The notes under the pieces: generated by a model
The model's database searches: none
What the model saw: the letters and a program-made list of their open reading frames with translations, nothing else
Told to the model about the DNA's origin: nothing
Made by a program: the position numbers and the translations under genes
Source: an uncultured Gemmatimonadaceae bacterium
GTDB lineage: Bacteria > Gemmatimonadota > Gemmatimonadetes > Gemmatimonadales > GWC2-71-9
Length of the DNA stretch: 64,000 nt
NCBI GenBank assembly: GCA_964596925.1
Contig: CAZQWQ010000024.1
Coordinates: forward strand, 135,991 to 199,990
Direction: 5' to 3'
In this document: one piece after another, positions 27,358 to 36,498 of the stretch
Numbering within the stretch: position 1 is the stretch's first letter
Layout of the letters: each line of letters opens with the position of its first letter

Positions 27358-29044
27358 GCAACGCCAGCATCTTCTTCAAGACGCCGCCGGTCACGTAGTC
27401 CAGCGCCTCGCGGAAGGCCCCCGCGGTCTGGAAGCGCTGTTCCGGCGCGCTCGACACCGCCCGTCGCAGGACCTCCTCGAGCTCCCGGGACACGTCGTCC
27501 CGCGCGTCGCGCAGCGGCGGCAAGGCGTCGGTCGTCTGTTTGGCAAGAATGGCCTCGGGCGTGGGCCCCTCGAACGGCGGCCGGCCGAGCAGCGCGAAGT
27601 AGGCGACGGCGCCGAGCGAATAGAGATCGGCGCGCTGGTCGACGCGCTCGCCGAGCAGTTGCTCCGGCGCCGCGAATTGGGGAGTGCCACTGTGCGAGGA
27701 CGCGCCGCCAAAGCGGTCGCCCCGCAGGGCCAGCGCCAGACCGAAATCGGTGATGCGCAGCAGCCCGTTCGGTTCGAGCAGCATGTTTTCGGGCTTGATA
27801 TCGCGGTGCACGAGTCCGAGGCCATGCGCGTGCTCGAGGGCGCCCAGCGCCTCGAACAACATCCGCACGGTCTTCTGCACCGCCAGCGGCCCGTCTTTCT
27901 TCGTGATCTGGGCCACGTTGGCGCCGGGGACCAGCTCCATGACGTACCACTGGAGCCCGGCGCGACTCTGGATGTCGTACACACTCACGATGTTGGGATG
28001 ACGCAACCGCGCCGCGAGCTGGGCCTCGCGGCGGAATCGCTCCATCACCCCGGGATCCGCAGTGAGCCCGGGATGCAGCACCTTGATCGCCACCTCTCGC
28101 TCGAGCCCGAGGTCGCGGACCCGGTACACGCGGCCGAACCCGCCTGAGCCGATTTTCTCGAGCAGCTCGTAATCGTCGCCCAGTGCGCGCCGCAGTCGGC
28201 GCTCGAAATCCTTCTCGACTGTCACTGGCGCGGCGGCGGGCTCGTGGAAATGCCCGGCATCGCTCACGAAGTCCTCGAGCATCTCGGTGGCAGTCTGATA
28301 GCGTTCGCCGGGCGCGGAGCGCAGTGCCCGCAGCAGCACCCGCTCCACCGCCATCGGGATCGTCGGACGGACAGTGCGCGGTGCGGCGAGCGTGGTCGGA
28401 TCAGGCTCGCGCGCCGTGAGTGCGTAATAGACGATCGCCGCCACCGCGTACAGGTCGCTCGCCGGCTCCCCCGGCTCCCGGAGTCGGACCTCCGGTGCCG
28501 CGAACGGCGTCGCGTGCGCCGGATCGTCGGCAGGGACGTGGGAGAGACACCAGTTGGCGTACCGCAGGTCGGTGACGACCGCGCGACCCGAGAGCTCGAT
28601 GATCAGCGTGGTCGGCACAATGCGGCGGACGATCACACCGCGCGCGTGCGCGTGCTCGAGTGCCCCGAGCAGGTCTCGCACGAGCGACATGACGCTGGGA
28701 ATCGGGCGCGGGCCGCGCCGCATGGCCTCGGCTAGGCTCTCGCCGTCGATCCAGTTCGCGGTGCGGTAAGAAAACGGGCCGACGTCCCCAGCCGCGTACA
28801 CGTGACGCACTGCTGGATGGTTGAGGGCAGCCAGCGTTTCGTTCTCACGGAGGAACCAGGCCCGGCCCGGGGAATCGGGGATGAGATGCACCCGCAGCGC
28901 CACGCTCCGCTTCAGGCGGCGGTCCCACGCGCGGTACAGCGCGCGCTCGCGCGACAGCGCGACCAGGTTGTCGAGTCGGAAATCGGGCTCGAGGGCCGGG
29001 GTGAGGCCGGTCAGCAGATCGACGGGAGGAGTATCGGGAGCCAC
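27344..29044 (-). CDS. Soluble tandem pseudokinase-kinase (Hanks-type Ser/Thr protein kinase)
   Basis: The C-terminal domain is canonical (GSGGFGRVY, VAIKVL, HRDIKPENML, ITDFGLA, APE). The N-terminal kinase-like domain lacks the Gly loop, has VALRVHL in place of VAIK, VIVRRIVPTTL in place of HRDxxxxN, and VTDLRYA in place of DFG. No TM segment. GTG start at 29044. Confidence 0.85.
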   Translation of the reverse strand: MAPDTPPVDLLTGLTPALEPDFRLDNLVALSRERALYRAWDRRLKRSVALRVHLIPDSPGRAWFLRENETLAALNHPAVRHVYAAGDVGPFSYRTANWIDGESLAEAMRRGPRPIPSVMSLVRDLLGALEHAHARGVIVRRIVPTTLIIELSGRAVVTDLRYANWCLSHVPADDPAHATPFAAPEVRLREPGEPASDLYAVAAIVYYALTAREPDPTTLAAPRTVRPTIPMAVERVLLRALRSAPGERYQTATEMLEDFVSDAGHFHEPAAAPVTVEKDFERRLRRALGDDYELLEKIGSGGFGRVYRVRDLGLEREVAIKVLHPGLTADPGVMERFRREAQLAARLRHPNIVSVYDIQSRAGLQWYVMELVPGANVAQITKKDGPLAVQKTVRMLFEALGALEHAHGLGLVHRDIKPENMLLEPNGLLRITDFGLALALRGDRFGGASSHSGTPQFAAPEQLLGERVDQRADLYSLGAVAYFALLGRPPFEGPTPEAILAKQTTDALPPLRDARDDVSRELEEVLRRAVSSAPEQRFQTAGAFREALDYVTGGVLKKMLALLRVG

Positions 29045-29071
29045 GGGGGTCGAATCTAATCCGAGCGCCCC

Positions 29072-30166
29072 TCAGCGGGGCGCGTCCACGGGTAACGGGA
29101 CCGTCACCACTGCCCAGCCCGTCGCCGGGGGGCGGGCGTAGCGGGCGTCGCGCAGGGTCACGACGATTCCCCCGGATCCAGAGTCCACGGTCGCCGTGAG
29201 GAAACGCGCGAACTGGCTGAGTGCGCGTCCGGCCGGCGTTTCCCGCAGGACATGCTGCACCCGAGGGTCGTCGAGGTGGCGCGGCAGCACCCAGCCTGGC
29301 GCGGCGACGGTATCGCGCGAGGCGACAACCGGCTCCCAGCTAAACGGGTGCGCGATCCGCGTGAGCGCGGCCCACTGCGCGTCGGAGCCGAAACGCGTGA
29401 CCGCCGCGTGGCGCGTGGCGGCCTTGGCCCGCACACTGGCGAGGCCCTGCGCGCCCGCGTAGCAGGCGAGGACCAGCAGCGCGAACCTTGAGACGCGGCG
29501 CCGTGCCGCGACGCCGAACCAGTGTCGCACCCAGCCTACCGCGCCGAGCACGAGCATCACGCCGCACCCAACGCGGAGCCAGGCTGGGACGCCGTCCACG
29601 ACCAGCACCACCGTCGCGATGAGGGCCGCGAGCAGTACCGTGGGCAGGAGGTCCCGCCAGTGCCGCTCCGATCCCCAGGCGAGTGCCACGAGCGGCACGA
29701 GCCAAAAGAACAGATCGACGATGGCAACCCAATCCGCGTAGTACCACGTGGCATCCCAGGGGAGCAACAGACGCACGCCGTAGGAGCCCTGCCAATCCAT
29801 GTAGACATGGCTGAAGACCGTGGCGCCAACGAGCAGCGCCAGCACCCCGATCCGCGAGCGGGGTGCGGTACGATCGTCCCTGCGTGTTCGGATGCGATGC
29901 ACCGCGGCGAGGAGCAGCCACACGACGAAGGCGATTCCCATTGCGCTGATCGCCGCACCGGCGAGCGAGTGAGTGATGCCGCGATGCCACACGTAGTAGG
30001 GAATGCTGCCGCGACTGGGCCAGAATCCGAGCAGGAATTCCGACCAGTCCGGCGCATTCGCCGCGATGGCGCCGATCCAGCCGGCGGCGGGCACGCGTCC
30101 GGCGCCCACGGCACGGCCGAGCGTCGCGCCGACAAGGGTGTGCGCGAGGTTATCCACGCACTGCAA
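29072..30166 (-). CDS. YdjM/DUF457-type membrane-bound metal-dependent hydrolase with a C-terminal extension
   Basis: The N-terminus (V)DNLAHTLVGATLG and the HRGITHS motif are typical of the family, and several TM helices are present. Start is TTG at 30166 or, matching the family N-terminus better, GTG at 30157. About 150 extra C-terminal residues have no recognisable motif. Confidence 0.65.
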   Translation of the reverse strand: MQCVDNLAHTLVGATLGRAVGAGRVPAAGWIGAIAANAPDWSEFLLGFWPSRGSIPYYVWHRGITHSLAGAAISAMGIAFVVWLLLAAVHRIRTRRDDRTAPRSRIGVLALLVGATVFSHVYMDWQGSYGVRLLLPWDATWYYADWVAIVDLFFWLVPLVALAWGSERHWRDLLPTVLLAALIATVVLVVDGVPAWLRVGCGVMLVLGAVGWVRHWFGVAARRRVSRFALLVLACYAGAQGLASVRAKAATRHAAVTRFGSDAQWAALTRIAHPFSWEPVVASRDTVAAPGWVLPRHLDDPRVQHVLRETPAGRALSQFARFLTATVDSGSGGIVVTLRDARYARPPATGWAVVTVPLPVDAPR

Positions 30167-30172
30167 GATAAG

Positions 30173-30198
30173 CCCACCGCGGCTCTAGCCACGGTGGG
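30173..30198. promoter_or_regulatory. Inverted repeat CCCACCG-N12-CGGTGGG in the divergent intergenic region
   Basis: Perfect 7-bp arms at 30173..30179 and 30192..30198, between the hydrolase start (30166) and the mini-ORF start (30244). Confidence 0.3.
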
Positions 30199-30243
30199 AC
30201 CGGGCCCGTAGGTTAGGCGGCGTCCTCTCCAGGCCACGACCCA

Positions 30244-30486
30244 ATGTCCAGCTCCGTGTCCTACACCCGCGACCGCCGGCGTAGTCCCGAGCGCAGGGCG
30301 CTGGTCGACCGGCGCTCCGGTGTGGACCGGCGCGGTCGCGATGAGCGTCGCCAGGGCACCGAAGCGGTGTTGATAGAGCGGCGTGGCGGGGTCTTGGACC
30401 GCCGTGCGGGTCTCGATCGCCGCGACGACCCGCGTCGCGTGCCCGGCGAGCGGCGAGACGGCCCTTTCGCGGACACGCCCTCCTGA
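30244..30486 (+). CDS. Hypothetical Arg-rich hexapeptide-repeat mini-protein (80 aa)
   Basis: ATG at 30244; the stop lies 19 nt before the FHA-protease start. Ten [D/E/P]-R-R units occur in two blocks of five with about 6-residue spacing, and 23 of 80 residues are Arg. Third codon positions are G/C-rich, but they are shared with an antisense ORF, so the coding strand is not proven. No clear SD. Confidence 0.35.
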   Translation: MSSSVSYTRDRRRSPERRALVDRRSGVDRRGRDERRQGTEAVLIERRGGVLDRRAGLDRRDDPRRVPGERRDGPFADTPS

Positions 30487-30505
30487 CGACGGGTTTCCTG
30501 CAGCG

Positions 30506-32545
30506 ATGCCGTACCTCAAGCTTCAGCTGATCGCGAGCGGCCGCACGCTCGAGTTGCGCGATCCCATCGTGCGGGTGGGGCGCGACCCATCGGCCACGAT
30601 CCCGTTCACTGGAGACGACGCTCGAGTGGTCTCGACGCGGCACGTCGAGCTGCGGCACAGTGGCAACGCATGGCGTCTGGTGGACCTCGGCAGCCGCAAT
30701 GGGACGTACCTGAACGGGCGTCGTGTTGAGGGAGAGGCTCCGCTCGGGCCGGGCGACGAAGTCCGGCTTGGCGAGACCGGCCCGCGTCTCCTCGTTGTCG
30801 CCGCCGGTGAGGCGGTCGAGGAAACGTTGGCCGAGGTCCGCGCGTTCGACGGTGATGCCGCTCCTCCCCCTCCCCCTCTGGCTCCGGGGGCCGCTGTTCG
30901 CCCTCCCCCTCGGGCACCCGAAGCCCGCCCGTACGGCGTGACGCTTATCGCCACCGCAACCGGCAAGCGCTTTGAGGCTCAGGGCACGCGTATTCGCATC
31001 GGGCGCGGCAAAGAGTGCGAGGTGCGGCCGGTCGAGGGGAGCGAGGGCATCGTGTCTCGCGTCCACGCCGAGCTGACCGTCGGGCCGAGCGGCGGACTGG
31101 CGTTGCGCGATGTCGGGAGCAAGAACGGCACGTTCCTGAACGGCGATCGCATCACGAGCCCGATGCCCATCCGGCTCGGCGACCGCATCTCGCTGGGCCC
31201 TGGCGGCCCGGTGCTCGTCGTGGAAGGCATGGGGACCGGTCCGCTGAAGGCTGCGGTTCGCCCACCGGCCGCCTCCGCTGCCGCCGCGGCCCCATCGTCC
31301 CAGGGGATGGGTCACGAGACGGTGATGGGGCTGATCAACAACGCGTTAGAGCAGGCGCGGGAGGAACGAAAGCGCGGCGGCCGGGGCTCCACGGCGTTTC
31401 TCAAGGCAGTGGCTGAAGAGGTCGGGAAGGACTCGCATCGCAAGTTCCGGTGGCTCACGACCATCGTGATCGTCCTGGTGCTGTTGTTGGGCGGCGGTGT
31501 GTACGGCGTCTACTGGCTGTTGACCGAGCAAGTGGCCCAGACGGAAGTGGAACGGCACTCGGCGGAGGATTCGGCGCGGGCGGAAGCCGAACGGCTGCGG
31601 CTCGAGCTGGCAGCGGCGCGGGCCGCGGCGGCGCCGGCGGCGACGGTGGACAGCCTGCGCGCTCAGCTCGAGTCGGCGCAGGTACACACCTCCGAGCTGC
31701 GCCTGGCGCTCGATCGGGCCCAGGTGGCCGTCGGCCAGCAGCTCTCGGCGGGAGAGTCGAAACGGCTCGAGTCGCAACGGGAGCTGCAGCGGCTGCGCGA
31801 TCAGCTGGCGGACGCGCAGCGCCGGGCGCCGTCGTCGGGTACGATCGACAGCCTGCGCCGGCAGCTCCAGGCGACCGAGGTCCAGTCGGCGAATCTCGAC
31901 GCGCGGATGCGGGCGATCCGCGGCACCGACTTCGCCAGCATCGCGCAGCAGAACCAGACGGCGGTGGGCCTGATCACCGTGAAGTTCGGTCGGGACTATT
32001 TCAACGGCACGGGGTTCGTCGTCAGTGCCGACGGCTACATGCTCACCAACTGGCATGTCGTGACGGACAGCGGCCACCCGCAGCCGGACACGATCTGGGT
32101 TACGATGGCCGACCAGGCGAACGCGCGCTTCGCGGACATCGTGGCCACGTCCCAGGAGCGCGACATCGGGCTGATTAAGATCCGCGGCTACCAGGGACCC
32201 TATCTCACGGCCATCGACTGGAGCGGAACCAAGTCGCGCCAGGGAGAGCCGGCGGCGCTGATCGGCTTCCCCGCCGGTGCCGGGTTCTCGCGACTGGGCT
32301 CGTCGTCTGTGCGCACGTCCATGACGGCGGGGATCATTTCCCGCGTCACCGAAAACGTGATCCAGTTCGACGGGATGACAATTGGCGGCTCGTCCGGCAG
32401 TCCCGTGTTCAACGCCAACGGCGAGCTGATCTCGATTCACCGCGCCGGGCTGCCGCAAGCGCCGGGCTTCGCGCTCTCTGTCCCGATTCGTCACGCGGTT
32501 CCACTCCTCCCGCTGGCGCTTAGGCAGCGTCTCGGGATCGAGTAG
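30506..32545 (+). CDS. 2xFHA - TM - coiled-coil - trypsin-like (S1) serine protease
   Basis: True start is the ATG at 30506 (MPYLKLQL). FHA1: VGRDPS..VSTRHVEL..GSRNGTYLNG. FHA2: IGRGKE..VSRVHAEL..GSKNGTFLNG. A single TM helix (WLTTIVIVLVLLLGGGVYGVYWLL, about 31451..31522), an Ala/Arg/Gln/Leu-rich coiled coil, then a protease triad in TNWHVV, ERDIGLIKI and GGSSGSPVF. Confidence 0.85.
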   Translation: MPYLKLQLIASGRTLELRDPIVRVGRDPSATIPFTGDDARVVSTRHVELRHSGNAWRLVDLGSRNGTYLNGRRVEGEAPLGPGDEVRLGETGPRLLVVAAGEAVEETLAEVRAFDGDAAPPPPPLAPGAAVRPPPRAPEARPYGVTLIATATGKRFEAQGTRIRIGRGKECEVRPVEGSEGIVSRVHAELTVGPSGGLALRDVGSKNGTFLNGDRITSPMPIRLGDRISLGPGGPVLVVEGMGTGPLKAAVRPPAASAAAAAPSSQGMGHETVMGLINNALEQAREERKRGGRGSTAFLKAVAEEVGKDSHRKFRWLTTIVIVLVLLLGGGVYGVYWLLTEQVAQTEVERHSAEDSARAEAERLRLELAAARAAAAPAATVDSLRAQLESAQVHTSELRLALDRAQVAVGQQLSAGESKRLESQRELQRLRDQLADAQRRAPSSGTIDSLRRQLQATEVQSANLDARMRAIRGTDFASIAQQNQTAVGLITVKFGRDYFNGTGFVVSADGYMLTNWHVVTDSGHPQPDTIWVTMADQANARFADIVATSQERDIGLIKIRGYQGPYLTAIDWSGTKSRQGEPAALIGFPAGAGFSRLGSSSVRTSMTAGIISRVTENVIQFDGMTIGGSSGSPVFNANGELISIHRAGLPQAPGFALSVPIRHAVPLLPLALRQRLGIE

Positions 32546-32557
32546 GCGGCCGCTGCG

Positions 32558-35080
32558 TCAGGTCTCCGGGAAGCGGCGGTCGTCGGCCTGCGCGGCGACC
32601 TCCCGCACCAGTCGCTCCAACGCGTCGAAGTCGAAGGGCTTCGCGAGGGACGGCGCGCCCGCGTCCGCGAGCAGCGCGGCGGTATCCGGTTCGAGGGTGT
32701 CGCCAGTCGCGAAGATCAGCGTGGACACGAGGCGCGGCGCCTGTTCGCGCAGCCGGGTCAGGAAATCGCGCCCGTTCATCCCCGGCATCCGCACATCGCA
32801 CAGGATCACGTCGAACGGCTGGCTGCGCAGCGCGCGCAGCGCCTCGGCCCCATCGCTCACCGCGCGGACCTGCATACCGCTCCGGTTCAGGAAACGGGCC
32901 GTGGCCTGGCGGATACCTGGCTCGTCGTCGACCACTAGCACGTTCAGGGTGCCGGCCTCGGGCGTGAGGTCCGTCGTGGTTTCGGTGGTCGGCCGTGGTG
33001 CGGTACGCAGATCGATGGGCAACGCGACGATGAACGACGCGCCGCGGCCCGGCTCGGACTCCGCCCAGATGCGCCCGCCGTGGCCTTTCACGATACCGTA
33101 ACAAATGGAAAGACCGAGACCCGTGCCGATCCCCTCGGGCTTGGTCGTGAAAAACGGATCGAAGATACGGGTGCGGATCCCCGGCGGAATGCCCGGTCCG
33201 GTATCGCGGCACTCGATCCGCACCTCGGACGCGTCGGCATGCGTGCGCAGCGTGATGCCGCGCGGGCCGTTGAATGACTCCAGCGCCTGCTCGGCATTGA
33301 TCAGGAAATTCAGCAGCATCTGTTGCAGTTCCGAGACGTTGGCCCATACGCGCGGATCGGTTGGCTCGAGATCGAGCTGCACACCGATGTTCAGGGTGTT
33401 CAAATGGTAGGCGCGCAGCGTATGCGTACGGCGTACCAGCTCGTTGACATCCACCAGCGAGCGCTCCGGCCCGCTCATGCGGGCAAACGCGAGCAGGTTG
33501 GTGGTGATCTGGCCAATGCGCATGGCCTCATCCCGCACCATCTCCACGATCTCGCGCTGCTCTGGCCGGAGATCGTCCAGCATCAGCGTCTGCGCGAACC
33601 CCGAAATGATCGCCGCCGGGTTGTTGATCTCGTGCGCTACGCCACTGACCAGCTGGCCCATGGCGGCGAGCTTGTCGGCCTGCTGCAGCTGGCTCTGGGC
33701 CCGGCGCAGCTCGGTGACGTCGCGCGCGATGGCGAGCACCTTGGTGATCTCGCCGTGTTCCCGGATCGGCGCGTAGACGACCGAGCTCACGCCGCGGCCG
33801 CCGTCAGCGCGCGGCTGTGGGATCTCGAAGCGGCGCACCTCGCCCGCGAAGGCGGCATCGAGATGCTGGTGCACGATGCCGGCCGTGTCGGGGTCGAGGT
33901 TCTCGAGCACCGAGCGGCCGACGGGCGCGGCACCGGACGCACTCGCATCCGCGGGGACCGCCGGATTGAAATCGACCACGCGCCCGTCTCGATTCACCAG
34001 GACGATGGGGTCGGGCGACGCCTCGACGACCAGCCGCAGATTCCGTTCTGCCCCAGCCGCCGCGGCGAGCGAGTCGACGAGACTCTGGGTCTGACGCTCG
34101 ACCTCGCGCTCCAGCGCCCCTTCGTACCGCCGGTCGACAAAGAGAGAGTACGCGACGCGTGCGGCGATCACGGACCCGCCCGCCACCAGCAGCAGCACGT
34201 CGGCGACCCCCATGGAGCCCGTCAGCATGCTGCGCACGTGGAGCGCCACGAGCCCCGCGAGGCTCACCATCACGGCGAAGAGGCGCGGCGCCACGCTGGT
34301 GCGGTCCACCGGTTCGGGCGGCCGCGCGTCTTGCCGTGCCGCGACGAGCGCGCCCGCCGTGCCGAGGGCCAGGTTGGCGACGTTCCAACCGAAATCCAGC
34401 ACGGTGCCCGTGACCGTGCCCTGGGGCAACGCCACGGTGCCGAACACCAGGTCCGATAACCCGTACAGAATCAGCCCGACGACCGCGAGCCCCACGCCCC
34501 CCGATGGGAACCGGGTGGGCTGCAGCAACACCATCCCGATGAGCCAGATCAACGCGAGGCCGCCCGTCGAATACGCCACACTCGCGAGCACCTCGATGAT
34601 TGGCGCGCCCTTACCGACCGGCTCGAGGAACAACTCGTACGCCCAGGCGACGGCGGTCAGTGTCAGCAAGGTCGAGTCGAGGAGGATCTCGGTCGTCAGC
34701 TGGCGCAGCGGATGCCTGGGGAGGAGATACCACACGGCGAGAAAGAACGCCGGGTAGACCGCCAGGTACCCGATGTCGGCGGCGGACAAGTTCCCCGGCT
34801 CGCCGCCCCGAGCGATGACGAGGTCCGCGTACAACTGTCCCGCCAAATCGAGCATGCTGCCGATGGTGAGCCAGCCCCACGCGCGACGGCGCTGCGCGTC
34901 GGGGCTGGCCGACCAGGCGATCGCGAGTCCCGCCGTCCGCACCAGGGCCGTCAGCGTCCAGCCGACGGCCGTGAGCACTTCCGGGGGCATCGGCCGCAGG
35001 AGGTAAAGCAGCACGAGGGCTGCGAGCACAGTCCCAGCCGTCGCCACAAACGCGCGGGTGAAGCGAGAACCGATATTCAT
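32558..35080 (-). CDS. Hybrid sensor histidine kinase/response regulator with a polytopic membrane N-terminus
   Basis: About 9-10 TM helices, a PAS-like region, the H-box VAHEINNP, ATPase motifs DTGPGIP and GTGLGLSI, and a C-terminal receiver ([21 protein letters not shown]). Confidence 0.9.
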   Translation of the reverse strand: MNIGSRFTRAFVATAGTVLAALVLLYLLRPMPPEVLTAVGWTLTALVRTAGLAIAWSASPDAQRRRAWGWLTIGSMLDLAGQLYADLVIARGGEPGNLSAADIGYLAVYPAFFLAVWYLLPRHPLRQLTTEILLDSTLLTLTAVAWAYELFLEPVGKGAPIIEVLASVAYSTGGLALIWLIGMVLLQPTRFPSGGVGLAVVGLILYGLSDLVFGTVALPQGTVTGTVLDFGWNVANLALGTAGALVAARQDARPPEPVDRTSVAPRLFAVMVSLAGLVALHVRSMLTGSMGVADVLLLVAGGSVIAARVAYSLFVDRRYEGALEREVERQTQSLVDSLAAAAGAERNLRLVVEASPDPIVLVNRDGRVVDFNPAVPADASASGAAPVGRSVLENLDPDTAGIVHQHLDAAFAGEVRRFEIPQPRADGGRGVSSVVYAPIREHGEITKVLAIARDVTELRRAQSQLQQADKLAAMGQLVSGVAHEINNPAAIISGFAQTLMLDDLRPEQREIVEMVRDEAMRIGQITTNLLAFARMSGPERSLVDVNELVRRTHTLRAYHLNTLNIGVQLDLEPTDPRVWANVSELQQMLLNFLINAEQALESFNGPRGITLRTHADASEVRIECRDTGPGIPPGIRTRIFDPFFTTKPEGIGTGLGLSICYGIVKGHGGRIWAESEPGRGASFIVALPIDLRTAPRPTTETTTDLTPEAGTLNVLVVDDEPGIRQATARFLNRSGMQVRAVSDGAEALRALRSQPFDVILCDVRMPGMNGRDFLTRLREQAPRLVSTLIFATGDTLEPDTAALLADAGAPSLAKPFDFDALERLVREVAAQADDRRFPET

Positions 35081-35175
35081 GCGAGTACGGGCAAGAAGGT
35101 AGTGGGCAGTCTCCGGCCCGGCGAGGGCGCGAGTGGCGCGCGGGTGCGTCGGGGCCGCATTAGCTTAGCGGACGA

Positions 35176-36492
35176 ATGCACGACCGATTGGGCTGGACCC
35201 GGGCCGTCCCCGACTCGCAGCGCCAGTGGCTGGAGTGGAGCCGCTTCGCCACGACGGTCCGGCGCGACGGTCTCGATCGCGTGTTGATCTGCGGAATGGG
35301 CGGATCGAGCCTCGCGCCGCAGGTGCTGGTCAAGAGCTTCGGCGTCCCCGGTGTGGACGTGCTGGACAGCACCGATCCCGCCGCGGTGCGCGCGGTCGAG
35401 CAGGCCCATCCGCTCGAGCGCACGCTGTTCCTGATCGTCAGCAAGTCTGGCTCGACGGTGGAGACGCTGGCTGCCTATCACTACTTTGCCGCGCGCGCAC
35501 GCCCCGAGCAGTTCGTCGCCGTCACGGACCCGGGTAGCGCCCTCGAACGACTCGCTGTGGAGCGCAAGTTCCGGATGACGTTTCCGCATCCCCCCGATGT
35601 CGGAGGCCGCTACGCGGCCTTGACGGTGGTGGGGATGTTGCCGGCGGCGCTCGCGGGAATTGACGGTGCCGCGTTGCTCGAGCGCGCGGGGTCCACGAGT
35701 GTGGAGGAGGCCCGCGCGATCGGCGGTTCGCTGGCCGCGGCGGTGGCCGCCGGTCGGGATAAGCTGGCCCTCCGGCCGCCGGCGGCAGTGGGAGCGCTCG
35801 CGAGCTGGATCGAGCAGCTCGTGGCCGAAAGCTCCGGGAAAGACGGCCGTGGCGTCGTGCCGCTGGTGGGCGACCCGGGCGCGTCGGGTGACGACGTCGA
35901 AACCGTGCGGGAGTTTTCGCCTGACCCACTCGACCTCGGGCGGGAGTTTCTGCGGTGGGAGTACGCCACCTGGGAGCTGTGCAAGCGACTCGGCGTCGAC
36001 GCGTTCGATCAGCCCAATGTCGAGGAAGCGAAGACGATGGCCCGGGCCGAGCTCGCGAAACCGGACGCGGCTGGGGGCGAGGCGCCGGCGACCCTCACGC
36101 CGGCCGCGCTCCAGCGCGCGGCGCGGCCGCGCGATTACCTCGCTCTCCTCGCCTATCTTCCACCGCGACCGGACCTGGAGGCGTCGCTACAACGCGCGCG
36201 GCTGGCGTGGGGCCGCGCCCTGGGCATCGTGACCACGGTCGGCCTTGGCCCACGCTACCTCCATTCGACCGGCCAATTGCACAAAGGCGGGCCCGACACC
36301 GGCCTGTTTCTCATCGTCACCGCCGATCACACCCTGGACCTGGATATTCCCGAGATGCGAACCACGTTCGGACGCCTCGAGCGAGCCCAGGCGATCGGCG
36401 ACATGCGGGCGCTCCTCGCGCGGGGACGGCGTGTCTGCCACGTCCATCTCCCGCGGGCGGAGGACGTGGATCAACTCGCCGCGCTGGTGTGA
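35176..36492 (+). CDS. pgi: Glucose-6-phosphate isomerase (short SIS-type PGI)
   Basis: ICGMGGSSLAP, LIVSKSGSTVET and DVGGRYAALT. Confidence 0.75.
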   Translation: MHDRLGWTRAVPDSQRQWLEWSRFATTVRRDGLDRVLICGMGGSSLAPQVLVKSFGVPGVDVLDSTDPAAVRAVEQAHPLERTLFLIVSKSGSTVETLAAYHYFAARARPEQFVAVTDPGSALERLAVERKFRMTFPHPPDVGGRYAALTVVGMLPAALAGIDGAALLERAGSTSVEEARAIGGSLAAAVAAGRDKLALRPPAAVGALASWIEQLVAESSGKDGRGVVPLVGDPGASGDDVETVREFSPDPLDLGREFLRWEYATWELCKRLGVDAFDQPNVEEAKTMARAELAKPDAAGGEAPATLTPAALQRAARPRDYLALLAYLPPRPDLEASLQRARLAWGRALGIVTTVGLGPRYLHSTGQLHKGGPDTGLFLIVTADHTLDLDIPEMRTTFGRLERAQAIGDMRALLARGRRVCHVHLPRAEDVDQLAALV

Positions 36493-36498
36493 CGTCGC

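Noticed and set aside
30261-30476. 71-aa minus-strand Arg/Ser-rich ORF antisense to the repeat mini-ORF
   Set aside because: It shares wobble positions with the plus-strand ORF, so codon bias is uninformative. I favour the plus strand because it has an ATG start, a regular acidic-RR period, and sits 19 nt upstream of a co-directional gene. The choice remains unproven.
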